In this document: one piece after another, positions 9,384-20,100 of the stretch
Layout: every line of letters begins with the position of its first letter
Numbering within the stretch: position 1 is the stretch's first letter
NCBI GenBank assembly: GCA_964618805.1
Contig: CAZUBM010000007.1
Span: 30,183-94,182, forward strand
Direction: 5' to 3'
From: an uncultured Nitrososphaerota archaeon
Lineage (GTDB): Archaea; Korarchaeota; Korarchaeia; Korarchaeales; Korarchaeaceae
Length of the DNA: 64,000 nucleotides
Position numbers and translations under genes: made by a program
Notes under the pieces: model-generated
What the model saw: only the letters and a program-made list of their open reading frames with translations
Database searches by the model: none
Told to the model about the DNA's origin: nothing

Positions 9384-11382
9384 ATCTCTATCTACCTCCT
9401 TCATGGTCAAAATAAAGACAAAAAAGGCGATCGAGGCGGCAGTTTACTTACTGATTTTCCTATATACCTTGTTTTTCTCCAGGTACACTATAGAGAAGCA
9501 CAGGGCCTTTCTTACTTATGCTTGGGATTTGGGGATATTCAATCAAGCCATGTACACAACAATCAGGCACGGAAAGTTCCTTTACTACACATTGGAGACC
9601 CATGTTAACCCAAGCAATTGTTTCTTTGGAATCCATTTTAGTCCAATATTGCTTTTGATCCTGCCTTTCTATGCCATAAAACCGGGACCAGAGACCCTTT
9701 TAGTGATTCAGTCAGCTCTAATAGCTTTGGGAGCCCTTCCTGTCTACTGGCTAAGTAAGGACCTACTAGACGATAAAATCGATGGTCTAGCATTGGCAAC
9801 CTCTTATCTCCTTTATCCTGCATTGCATGGAGTAAACTGCTTTGATTTTCACATAGAGGCCTTTATCCCCGCCTTTCTTTTATTCTCCATATACTTCTTC
9901 TTCAAAGAGAGGTGGAAAGCCTATTTCTTCTTTCTTTTGTTGTCCTTGATGTGTTTAGAGCAAGCCTCCTTCCTCGTCCTTCTGCTTGGCTTCTACGCCT
10001 CTTGGCATAACAGAGGATCTATAATCAGCTTTGTTAAACGGAGGAATGAGGTTAAGACAAGGGCTTTAGTTCCAATTATAACGGTCTTCCTTGCTCTGTC
10101 TTGGCTCCTTCTTTCAAATGCAGTTCAAGGCTTTTTCAACCCAAATCCTCCAGTAGAGTTAAAGGCTGTTCACAATTGGGAGATCTTGGGAGTGGAAGGA
10201 CCAACACAGATACCTATTGCCGTGCTGAAGAGTCCAAGCAGAGCGTTAAAAGCTCTTTCCTATGATCTCCAAGCCAAACTTGCTTATGTAGTTTATCTAC
10301 TTGCTCCATTGCTCTTCTTACCAATACTGAGTCCTTCGATGCTCGTTCTCACCGTTCCTTTCTTTGCCTTCTCCCTCCTATCAAATTATGAGCCATATTA
10401 CTATCTAGGTCTGCAGTATCCAGCTGTTGCCGTTCCTTTTCTTTTTGGAGCTGCTGTTTTAGGAATTAAGAGGTGTATTGGAGCCAGAAGGGCCATTGTT
10501 TTTCTTGTTTTGGTATCTTCGGTTCTTCACTCAGCTATGTTGAGCCCTGTTAGCCCCATAGCCCTAGCTCAACCGCGGCCTGCGTACGACAAACCGTTTA
10601 TGGAAAATGATCACCTCGAGGACCTGTACAAGATGATCGATCTTATTCCAAAGCAAGCATCCGTACTAACAGTAAACAGCATATTTCCTCATGTCTCTAG
10701 CAGGATGAACGCTTACTGCATTCCACCATGGCATCTATTGATCAAAAGGTACAATGAGACCATCAGAAAAGCCCTTAGTGCTAGCGGAGGTGATCAAGCC
10801 GAGTTCATCCTTCTGGACTTGAAGTACAGCGAGATCTATAGCGATAACGAATTTCTGATGTCTTGGGCTCTTAAAAACCGAAACTATTCGCTGTACGCCT
10901 ACTCCGATAGCATATTCCTTTTTAGGAGAGGATACAAGGGAGAACCCATGTTTCTGAGGCCAATACGCTTTGCTCTCAATTATAAGAACCTTTACGTCCG
11001 TTTCGGGAGTAATACAACCGATCCAACCTCTGAAAGTAACCTTGTTCTTGTGCATAGAAAGCAGGATGACCAAGGGACTTTCTTTTTTGGACCATATGTC
11101 ACGTTACCCCCTGGAAACTATACTGCTACCTTTAGGTTGAAGGTTGATGAGTTAGGGGCTGGGCATCTGATAACCATTGAGGCAGCTGCAGAGTTGGGAA
11201 TAAAGGTGTTTGCAAGCCATGAGATCGACCTTTCTGAGTTCAAGGAAGCTGGTGTGTGGCAAGATTTCGTGCTAGAGTTTTCCTTAGACGTCCCGGTGAG
11301 AGATGTTGAGTTTAGGGGAATCTACGCCTCAAATCTGACGACCCTGTACCTCGATTACATAGAGGTGGTAAGGGCTGGATGA
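9370..11382 (+). CDS. DUF2079-family membrane protein (GT-C-like) with C-terminal beta-sandwich domain, paralog 2
   Basis: AWDLGIFNQ, FFGIHFSP, GVNCFDFH; colinear with the upstream paralog. Confidence 0.8.
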   Translation: MKEVRSLSTSFMVKIKTKKAIEAAVYLLIFLYTLFFSRYTIEKHRAFLTYAWDLGIFNQAMYTTIRHGKFLYYTLETHVNPSNCFFGIHFSPILLLILPFYAIKPGPETLLVIQSALIALGALPVYWLSKDLLDDKIDGLALATSYLLYPALHGVNCFDFHIEAFIPAFLLFSIYFFFKERWKAYFFFLLLSLMCLEQASFLVLLLGFYASWHNRGSIISFVKRRNEVKTRALVPIITVFLALSWLLLSNAVQGFFNPNPPVELKAVHNWEILGVEGPTQIPIAVLKSPSRALKALSYDLQAKLAYVVYLLAPLLFLPILSPSMLVLTVPFFAFSLLSNYEPYYYLGLQYPAVAVPFLFGAAVLGIKRCIGARRAIVFLVLVSSVLHSAMLSPVSPIALAQPRPAYDKPFMENDHLEDLYKMIDLIPKQASVLTVNSIFPHVSSRMNAYCIPPWHLLIKRYNETIRKALSASGGDQAEFILLDLKYSEIYSDNEFLMSWALKNRNYSLYAYSDSIFLFRRGYKGEPMFLRPIRFALNYKNLYVRFGSNTTDPTSESNLVLVHRKQDDQGTFFFGPYVTLPPGNYTATFRLKVDELGAGHLITIEAAAELGIKVFASHEIDLSEFKEAGVWQDFVLEFSLDVPVRDVEFRGIYASNLTTLYLDYIEVVRAG

Positions 11383-11383
11383 G

Positions 11384-12544
11384 TTGAATGTGGCAGTTGC
11401 TAACATCTCTTTGAACTTCTGTGGGGGCGCACAGGCAGTAGCCCTCGAGGTCATTAGTGCTTTGGCTAACAGAGGGCACCATGTCACACTAATTACAGCT
11501 GACAAGGTGAATTGGGAAAAGATCAAGAACCTTATGGGTTTTGATAGGATTGCAGAGCGGGAAGTGTTTGCTGTTAACTATGATCTGGTTGAAAATGTGA
11601 ATAGGGATCCTATGAAGGCCTTCCTCTTGGTAATTTCATTTCTTGGAAAGCTTTTTGGTGCTAAGAAAAGGTATGATGTCGTTTTGAATTCATATGGCGA
11701 CTTGGATTTGAGTGTTAACTTAGCACACATAACTCTCATCGGGAGTTTTCCATTCAGCCTCTCAGGACGCTACCCTGATATGGCTCCAATCTACCTCAAA
11801 AATCCGTTCACCATAGCAGCTTACAAGACTTTCAGGGAGCTCTTGGTCAGAGAACCATCTGGAATATTGCTTACAAATTCCCTCTTCATGAAGAGGATTT
11901 TAAAAAAGTATTTGGGATGGAATACAGTTGTTTTACATCCACCAATAAAGATCAATGACTTTTACACCTCTGAAAGGAAGGAAAACGTTGTAGTTACTGT
12001 TTCAAGGTATGTTCCAGGCAAAGAGCTTTACAAGGTCCTGCTTGTGGCTAGGAAAGTTCCTGATGCAAAGTTCATTGTTGTCGGTAGAACTTACGATAAG
12101 AGTTATCTTTCAACCCTCTTGAGGATTAGAGATTCCCTGCACTTGCAGGGAAGGGTTAAATTACTTTCTGATCTATCAAGGGACCAGCTTCTGGATCTAC
12201 TTTCAAGGGCTAAAGTGTACCTCCATACGAAGAGACGCGAGCCATTTGGTATGTCCGTAGTTGAGGTTATGGCATCTGGCTGTGTTCCTGTCGTCCCTAA
12301 AGAAGGAGGCCCTTGGACGGATATCTTGGATGAAAAGGACGGGGTTTATGGATATTCATATCGCAGCATTGAAGAGGCCGCAATGCATATAAAAAGGCTT
12401 ATCTCAGAGGATTCTTTGCGAGAAAGAATCTCTAAGAGGTGTATTGAGAAGGCTAGGTCCTTTAGCAGGGAAGTTTTTCATAAAAGAATAGTTAGGATAG
12501 TTGAGAGCTGCGCTTTGGGTCTGTCTAGAACGGGGGAAAGTTAA
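11384..12544 (+). CDS. GT4 glycosyltransferase (ALG11-like)
   Basis: CGGAQAV, LTNS, YLHTKRREPFGMSVVEVMASG (ExF/G-x7-E motif), GGPWTDI. Confidence 0.9.
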   Translation: MNVAVANISLNFCGGAQAVALEVISALANRGHHVTLITADKVNWEKIKNLMGFDRIAEREVFAVNYDLVENVNRDPMKAFLLVISFLGKLFGAKKRYDVVLNSYGDLDLSVNLAHITLIGSFPFSLSGRYPDMAPIYLKNPFTIAAYKTFRELLVREPSGILLTNSLFMKRILKKYLGWNTVVLHPPIKINDFYTSERKENVVVTVSRYVPGKELYKVLLVARKVPDAKFIVVGRTYDKSYLSTLLRIRDSLHLQGRVKLLSDLSRDQLLDLLSRAKVYLHTKRREPFGMSVVEVMASGCVPVVPKEGGPWTDILDEKDGVYGYSYRSIEEAAMHIKRLISEDSLRERISKRCIEKARSFSREVFHKRIVRIVESCALGLSRTGES

Positions 12545-12577
12545 TCCTCTGTCCTCTATAATGTACCTTGGTGAAGG

Positions 12578-13654
12578 TTGTTGAAGATATTCTTTCTTGT
12601 TGACCCTTTGGAAGGTTTTCATGGTCCCTTGAGGCCCCCTCTTCTTATAGCTAAGGAGCTTAAGGGAAGATTTGATTTCGTCTTGGTCTCTCCTTTTGTG
12701 AAGAAGGAGGCTGGGGAGGTGCTTGAAGCACAAGGTCTCCCTTTTATTAACCTTAGCAAGAAGTTCTTCTTTTCAGGATCCTTGCTAACATTTGAGGCAT
12801 GGTTAAGAGGCAGCAAGTTTACAGCAAGCCTTGAAGACATAGTCGTCAACTTTTCTCAGCACTTTCTGTCAGATTCTCATATTTACTATGCCCAGGGTCC
12901 AATAACGAGGGCTTTAGATGACATGGTATCAGAGCTTGGGGTCTCGTATAGGCTCATATATCGCATATCAAGACCTTTTCTTGTCAACAAAGATAAAGGG
13001 TTTAACCACAAAATAAGAAGTAGCTCCGCTACCTTCGTTGCAAACAGCAGGTTTTGTGCCTCTATGTATGAGGATTGGGGAATACGTGTGGATAAGGTGA
13101 TATACCCCCCGCTAGACTGTGAAAAGTTCAAGCCCACGACTAAAAGCCCCTCTAGCGACTACGTCCTCACATATGCGGGCAAGGAGACTAGATATGGCGT
13201 GATAAAAGGCCTGGCTGATGCTGGCATTCAAATAAAGATGTTTGGATCTAAAGCTCCTATTCCTAGTCATCTCCTCCATCATAAAATGATCCAATTTCTA
13301 GGGAGGGTTTCGGACGAAGAACTCATAGATTTCTACTCTAACGCACTCTATACCTTATTCACCTTTACTCATGAGCCTTTTGGCTATATACCAATTGAAA
13401 GTATGGCCTGTGGAACTCCCGTCCTCACATATGACAAGCAAGGACCGAGAGAGTCCGTCTCTCATGGGATCTCTGGTTGGGTTGCCAAGACAGATGAGGA
13501 GTTAGTAAAACTGGCCATTAAGCTGTGGAAGGAGGGATACTCGCAAGAGATTAGAAGCAAAGCGAGGGAGAGGGCGCTATTCTATGATAGCCGCAAGATA
13601 GCTGGGGAATGGTACTATTTATTGAAATCTTTTTGCGAAGAAAGGACGGAATAG
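12578..13654 (+). CDS. GT4 glycosyltransferase
   Basis: VANSRF, IYPP, HEPFGYIPIESMACGTPV motifs. Confidence 0.9.
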   Translation: MLKIFFLVDPLEGFHGPLRPPLLIAKELKGRFDFVLVSPFVKKEAGEVLEAQGLPFINLSKKFFFSGSLLTFEAWLRGSKFTASLEDIVVNFSQHFLSDSHIYYAQGPITRALDDMVSELGVSYRLIYRISRPFLVNKDKGFNHKIRSSSATFVANSRFCASMYEDWGIRVDKVIYPPLDCEKFKPTTKSPSSDYVLTYAGKETRYGVIKGLADAGIQIKMFGSKAPIPSHLLHHKMIQFLGRVSDEELIDFYSNALYTLFTFTHEPFGYIPIESMACGTPVLTYDKQGPRESVSHGISGWVAKTDEELVKLAIKLWKEGYSQEIRSKARERALFYDSRKIAGEWYYLLKSFCEERTE

Positions 13655-13693
13655 AATTAGTTCTAATAATCTATTCTATTTTAGAGAGATAAA

Positions 13694-14959
13694 TTAACTG
13701 GAGGAGATTTTGGAGATTATTTGAGGTCCATTCATGCCGTTTGCAAGCAAACAATAGGTTTCGGTAAATCTCTTTGCAATGATATCCCAGCTCTCTTTTT
13801 GCGCGAAGTTCAGGTTTATTCTTCCTATTTTTTCTGCGAGGTGTTGATTATCTAGCAGCATTAGTATAGCTTTCTTTAGTTCCTCTGCATCTCCAGGCGG
13901 AACTATGATTGCTGATGCGCCCTCCTTGATTAGTTCTCTTATTTCTGGAAGATCTGAAACTATAATGGGTTTTCCAAAGCCGCAAGCTAAGTGGAAAACC
14001 CCACTCGTTCCAGTAGCAGTAAGATACGGAAGGACTACCATGAATGCCTCCTTAAAAACGGCAGGAACGTCCTCCTCTGGAACATATCCCAGATACTTGA
14101 TCCCTGGCACATCCCTTTTCTGGCTCTCTAAATACCCTGGGAAGTTTGGATGGTCATCTCCAGCTATGACAAGCTCAACGTCTTCTCTTTCCTTTGATAT
14201 CTCCTGAAAAACATCCATTAGGATGGTCAATCCTTTGTAGGGAGCCATGTGACCGAACATCAGTATAACTTTCTTCCTATTCTTATGAGGTGGATCTGAA
14301 TTTAACCCAGCATTGAACGCATCAACATAGGTTCCATGGGGTATATACACAACCCTGTCGCATCCATAATTCCTCCTAAGATAGTTGATGTAGGAAGAAA
14401 CTGTCACAGTTACCAAGTTTGCCATAGATATTAGTTTTGTAGCTATTCTTATGCCAATTCTGTTTATAATAGAGGGCTTAAGCCCACACTTCTCTAAGTC
14501 AACCTTCTCCCCGAAGTTATGAATTGTAACAAGCGTCTTCCTTCCCAACAACCTTGTGAAGAATGGAAGGCAGAGCCCTACGAAATTAGCTATCCTAGAC
14601 CTTCCAAAGCTCTGAAAGTGCACATTATAATGGACCAAGTCAGGCTTTACCTTTAGGATCTCAAATAGCATCTTAAAGATGGAAATTGGATTGTCGTGAG
14701 ACCACACCGACCTTATCTCGACCTTACTTGATCGATTTCTTCCACGTTTTGATGCCTTATCTGCCAGCACATATATTTTTTCTATAGTTGGAAGTTTAGC
14801 AAGTTTGTTCAGCAAGTTGTAGGCATATTCGCTGAGTCTTGCTTTATTTGGAGGGTATGAAGTGATAAAACATAAAACAAGGCCCTTTTGACCCGCTCTT
14901 GATTCATTGCTTCCCAGTTTTTCCTTCTTTGCCCTCGTTGAAGGATCTTTTATGTCCAT
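13694..14959 (-). CDS. GT4 glycosyltransferase
   Basis: TSYPP, YIPHG, FGHMAPYKG, LPYLTATGTSGV, GKPIIVSD; ORF track start 15007. Confidence 0.88.
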   Translation of the reverse strand: MDIKDPSTRAKKEKLGSNESRAGQKGLVLCFITSYPPNKARLSEYAYNLLNKLAKLPTIEKIYVLADKASKRGRNRSSKVEIRSVWSHDNPISIFKMLFEILKVKPDLVHYNVHFQSFGRSRIANFVGLCLPFFTRLLGRKTLVTIHNFGEKVDLEKCGLKPSIINRIGIRIATKLISMANLVTVTVSSYINYLRRNYGCDRVVYIPHGTYVDAFNAGLNSDPPHKNRKKVILMFGHMAPYKGLTILMDVFQEISKEREDVELVIAGDDHPNFPGYLESQKRDVPGIKYLGYVPEEDVPAVFKEAFMVVLPYLTATGTSGVFHLACGFGKPIIVSDLPEIRELIKEGASAIIVPPGDAEELKKAILMLLDNQHLAEKIGRINLNFAQKESWDIIAKRFTETYCLLANGMNGPQIISKISSS

Positions 14960-15103
14960 GTTCCTTCCCTTCCACACACTAACCTTTGGTCGGATTAATA
15001 AAAACAAATCCTTTGTTCAGTTGTTTACTTTTAAAATTAAAAATCTGGGTGTCCGCAGCTTTGACTCATATTCGGTAGAAAAGAGTGTAGATATAGTGAA
15101 ATC

Positions 15104-17098
15104 CTAGTTATTGGATGGAAGTTTCCCTTGTAAAACGACATCTGAGATATCTATGATCATGGAGCGATCAGATGGGCTTGACCAAATGATGTTCCCTCCT
15201 GCTTGGACTAGCATGACTCCTGCTTTTGGGTTAATTTTTCCATAAACCGGATCTATGTAGATGTACACAGATGACGGATTCAGGCTTTCCGATACAATGA
15301 CTTCCTTAACTCTATCAAGAAAGTCAGTGACATCTTCTTGGCAAGAGACGAAAACCACATTTAATGGACGATTGAAATCGCTCCTAAAGCCGCTAACCCC
15401 ATCGACTATGACGTATCCCTTGGTCTTGAAGTAGAATATGCTCTTCTCTCCCAGGCTAACAGGATATATAAAACGGGTCTTTAGATCCTTTAAAGCTCCT
15501 ATAACACTATTCCTTGCCCTCATCTTGTCCTCATTATCGGAGCCTGTTACCAGAGAATCTGAAAATAGGAGAATTGGGACCCTAACCTTGGCGGCTGCAT
15601 CTATAGTATTTGATAATATGATTCCGTCATCAGCAGAGCATACTACCGCAATCTCTGAACTCTTCCATAAGTAGTCCACTAGAAAGGCCATGCTCTCGTA
15701 TCTGTTCTTACCTCCTAGCCTTAAAACCTCATAACCGGCTTTCTTCAGCCCTTCCTCGACCTCTTTAGGACATACGGCTTCCCCTTCTAGGAGAATAACC
15801 ATTTTTGTGCCTCCTATCCTTTCATTCCAGTTAATCCCTTCCTTAGTGAAATCTTCCAGATCCAATTTAACAACCCTCATTCCCAAGGAGTTCACCAGCT
15901 CCAAGGACGGATTACTTGTTGTCCAGCTCAAGTTCACAACGTATCTCTGTAAAAGCGTGATGGAATTCAAGAGAAGCTCCTCTGAGGTGGACAAGATTAT
16001 CACAAGAGAATCCTTAGGTGAATCTTTCCTAAGCAATGTCATAGGCTCTTTCACTACATAAGTACTGGGCGGAGGATTTGTATATCTTGCACTAATCGGA
16101 ATTGAGTATAAACCTACCAAAGCTAGGATTAGCAGAAAAACAAGCTTAGAAGGAAAGCAAACGACATAGCGACAAATTTCCTTTAGAAAGATTATCCCGG
16201 AAAGCGTGAGCGATGGTATCAAATAGAGAAGCACTCTGGTTCTAAGTGAGGGAACGGGGATTGAGACGAAACCAAGGGCTAATACTACAAGCAAGTTAGA
16301 TAATATCCAGCTCATTAGAACCTTTTGCTTGTTTCTTACAACTTGAAGCAGGCCTATTATGCCAGCAGGGAAGACTAAAGGCCCCAATAGTAAAAGGTCT
16401 TCCTTCCTAAGAAAATCTGAGGCAAGATTTGTTTGGAAGGAAATGATGTCAAAATAACGCCTTGATGCTAGAAGGACTATTGTTGCTGTAATTCCGTGAA
16501 GCGAAAGACTTACGAGTTTTTTCTTGTCAAATGAACAGAGTTCTAAAAACAAGAGAGAAACCATGCAAAATAGGTAGCACAGTGGGTGGATTAGAGTTAC
16601 GATTAGGGAGACAAGGTAGGCGAAGAGGCTCCTTCCCTTAAATTCCAGGAAGATAGCAAGCAACATGAACGAGAAAGCTAGATTTTCTGGTATTGGTAAA
16701 GTGCTCCTTATCAAATATAAAGGAGAGATGAGGAGAGATGCACTGGAAATCAAGCCTATTTTTGGGTCTATTTCCTTTCCAATCATATAGATTAGGAGGA
16801 CTTGAGATGCTGAAGAGAGTAAAGCCATGAAGATAAGCGCTATTATAAGGTCCGCACCCAATTTTGCCAGAAAAATCAAGATCAGGTGAAACATGAAGCT
16901 AAAATAGTACCAAAACGGTCTGAAGCTGAGAAAGCTTTTCGATTCCTTTGAGATTATTGCTAAGCTTATGTGAAGGTATGGATCTTGACTTGGGAGAAGG
17001 GGATATTCTCTAAGTAGCAGCGCAGCTCTTATCGCTACATTTGCAACAAGTATCAGCGCCAGGATCCTTTTGTATTCTTTAGTATTGAGCCCATTCAT
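15104..17098 (-). CDS. GT-C-like membrane protein fused to a cell-wall-binding repeat 2 (CW_binding_2)-like region
   Basis: SQDPYLH loop after TM1, about 10 TM helices, then VILLEGEAVCPKEVEEGLKKAGYEVLRLGGKNRYES. Confidence 0.65.
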   Translation of the reverse strand: MNGLNTKEYKRILALILVANVAIRAALLLREYPLLPSQDPYLHISLAIISKESKSFLSFRPFWYYFSFMFHLILIFLAKLGADLIIALIFMALLSSASQVLLIYMIGKEIDPKIGLISSASLLISPLYLIRSTLPIPENLAFSFMLLAIFLEFKGRSLFAYLVSLIVTLIHPLCYLFCMVSLLFLELCSFDKKKLVSLSLHGITATIVLLASRRYFDIISFQTNLASDFLRKEDLLLLGPLVFPAGIIGLLQVVRNKQKVLMSWILSNLLVVLALGFVSIPVPSLRTRVLLYLIPSLTLSGIIFLKEICRYVVCFPSKLVFLLILALVGLYSIPISARYTNPPPSTYVVKEPMTLLRKDSPKDSLVIILSTSEELLLNSITLLQRYVVNLSWTTSNPSLELVNSLGMRVVKLDLEDFTKEGINWNERIGGTKMVILLEGEAVCPKEVEEGLKKAGYEVLRLGGKNRYESMAFLVDYLWKSSEIAVVCSADDGIILSNTIDAAAKVRVPILLFSDSLVTGSDNEDKMRARNSVIGALKDLKTRFIYPVSLGEKSIFYFKTKGYVIVDGVSGFRSDFNRPLNVVFVSCQEDVTDFLDRVKEVIVSESLNPSSVYIYIDPVYGKINPKAGVMLVQAGGNIIWSSPSDRSMIIDISDVVLQGKLPSNN

Positions 17099-17176
17099 GT
17101 GCCTATCTATCTCCCGCTTTGAACAGGATTAACCCGTCATATGTTTCAATTTATTTTTTAATTTAGGTCTTGTCCC

Positions 17177-20100
17177 TTGGAAGGAGAAAAATCGAGGGAA
17201 AATGAGAGCATGAGGTTAAAGGAATCTAACATAGTAGAACTGCTTGCTTATCTATCGATCTCACTCTTCTGCCTGAGAAAACTCTTCGACGATGGGGTTT
17301 TTGCTGTGCAGGACCTCTCACCCATTTATAAGTTTGAGCAGCTTTACAGGCCAATGGAATTTCCTTGGGATCATTACTCAAATACGGGCGTCCCAAATGT
17401 TCTCATAGGAAATCTGCTGTATAACCTTCCTCTTATGGCCCTCTCCAAGGCCCTTGGATCTGTAATAACAGCTCATAAGATTTATTTCGTCATTCTGCTA
17501 ACTTTAGGGGCCTATGGGCAGAGGCTTGTTTTCCAAAGACTTTATAGGAGAGGTGGATTTATCTCAGGCCTCGTTTACCTGCTCAACCCTTGGACCGTTT
17601 ACAGGATTTCCAGGGGTCATAACCTCATAATCATGGGATCTGCCCTTCTTCCTTTTGCTTTTATCTCGTTTTTATCCTTTGAGAAGAAGTACCGCGTTTC
17701 ACGAGCTTTATTGTCAGGATTTCTTTCATCACTTTTGCTCTTAATCTCGCCGCACATGGGATACATCTTCTTCATCATCCTTTTTGTTTATGGGCTAGCT
17801 AAATTTCTCAACTCAGGTCTAGCTTTAAGAAATCTTCTTAAACAACTTGTTCTGCTTTGCCAGACGGGCTTCCTTGCCCTATCCTTCGGAATGCCAGTTC
17901 TCATATTGGCCATTAAGGGAATCGGATCGAATGTAACTGTTGTTAGATTGGAGGAGACTCTGTTCTACAGCCTTAGCATCGATTTGTTGAAGGAAAGATG
18001 GCCCTATCTTGTCATTGGTTTAGGAATCATGCTAAGCCTTTTCATATTTGTTGGCTTAGTGAGAGAACTCCTCTTCTCCATACTCCTGGTTTTTGTAGGA
18101 ATGATGCTGAGCTTTGGTGGCGTGTGGCCCATCAGTCTTCTCATAGAACTATTTTACAAGCATCTCCCTGGATTTTTTATATTCAGAGAGCTAAACAAGT
18201 TCCTCTACATGGCGCTTTTCGGAGGTAGCCTTCTTTTCGAGGTTTTAATCTTGGGATTAAAGGACTTCACCGAGTCCATAATCGGGAAGAGAGGGTTGCT
18301 CGGCCTCAAATTCAAAAAACTCACTGGATTCGTTTTTATAGCTTTAGCTCTCTTTATCCTCATAATTCCAGACAAAGATATGATTTCAGGCGACTTTGGA
18401 GGAAGCGTAAAGACCGTAAAGCTCCCTTCTCATCTCAAGGAGTTGGATCGCTGGTTAAGATCTGAGAAGGGGGAGTATAGGGTGGCTTTCTTTCCACCTG
18501 CCTGCTGGGCAGCACGTTATGACTGGTCAGAGAGATGGTTCCTTGATCCGATGGTTAGTCTCCAGGCAAAACCCACAATTGAGATTAGGAGTGAGATGGA
18601 TATCACGCCCTCCAACAACTTCGTTAAGTGGGTTTACATGGCCCTTTACTTCAACAGGACGAACAGGATTGGAAGGCTTTTAGGGCTTTTGGGAGCTAGG
18701 TACATTATCTACCGCCCAGATGTGGACATGCCTGATGAGAGGGTAGATTTACGCCATCTAGGCAAAGAGCAGACGATTCCTATCTTTAGGAGGAAAAATG
18801 ACCTTCTATTAATTAAGAGGATTGGGGAGTATGAGATATACCTAAATAAGCATGCTCTTCCCCTGATTGTTGAGGGATTCAGGCCAGTTTTGGTTGTTGA
18901 GGATAGGAAGGCGCTGATTTCTCTCTCACATCTAGATTTAAATTTCTCTGAAAACGTATGTTTGTTCTTGGACAATTTGTATGACTATGCTGACTTAGAG
19001 GAATTGGTTAAAGGCTGCAGATACGTGATAATTAATCCAAAGAAGTGGATAGACCTCCAGTTAGCATTATCTGAAGATAAACTGGTGATAAAACCCTGGG
19101 AATTTGTAGAGATGTCGACTGACGCATCGAACAAGTGGATTAGAGGAGACTTCTCTTGGTATCTGTATGGAGGAACGCTAAACGTTGCTCCAGATGATTA
19201 TGTCATGACAAACAAATCAGACAATTCCCTATCTCTCCCATTCACCATTCCTAGGGGCGGTAATTTTACCCTATTCGTCCAGACATTTACAACATCAAGC
19301 GAAAGTTTTGGAAAAATATATGTGAAAATAGATGATTACCCCCAAGAATCGATTCAGATCAGGGTTTCTGGGGAGATCGGAGGTTACTATAGATGGGTTA
19401 AGGTAGGGAGCTTCCATTTAACGAAGGGAAAACACTATGTTAAATTTAGAAGTTCTGAAGGGGCTGCTTCCATATCTAAAATAGTTCTTTTGCCGGAGAG
19501 CGAGTTTAACAAATCTATTACTATAGATTTGAGCTCATTACCAAGCATTGCTCTTCTCATGGACGATGACTTTTGGGATGTTGAGGTTCCCGATGGCTTT
19601 GCCGAATCCCCTGAATTCAGCAACGGAAGGGCCGTTTATTTGTTAAATAAGACCGTTTATGGCTCCTTCTATATCCCAAGGGGAGGAGAATACACCCTGG
19701 TCTTAAGAGCGTATGCAAGGGAAGAGAGCTTGATTAAAGTATATCTAGATGATCTCGAGTATGACGTGGTGATGGAGAAAGAAAAACAAGTAAAAATCAG
19801 ATCTTTGAGCATAGAGAAGGGAACACATAGAATAGGGATCAAAAGCAATCATTTTTGCCTACTTGACTTAGCTCTCCTCGTGGAAGGGGCAGAGGCTCCC
19901 CTCTTAGGGAGGTCAGAAGAAAAACCTATTGCATTGAACCCTATTCATTCGAATAGGCATTGTTCATGCAATTTGTCTGTTAATTCCTCCCATCTCCTAT
20001 TTTTGGAGACATATGAGCCGGGTTGGAGGTTGATCTGCGAGAAGGAGATGGAACCTATACAAGCTTTTAGTTATGCTAACCTTTACTCAATAAAGGAAAT

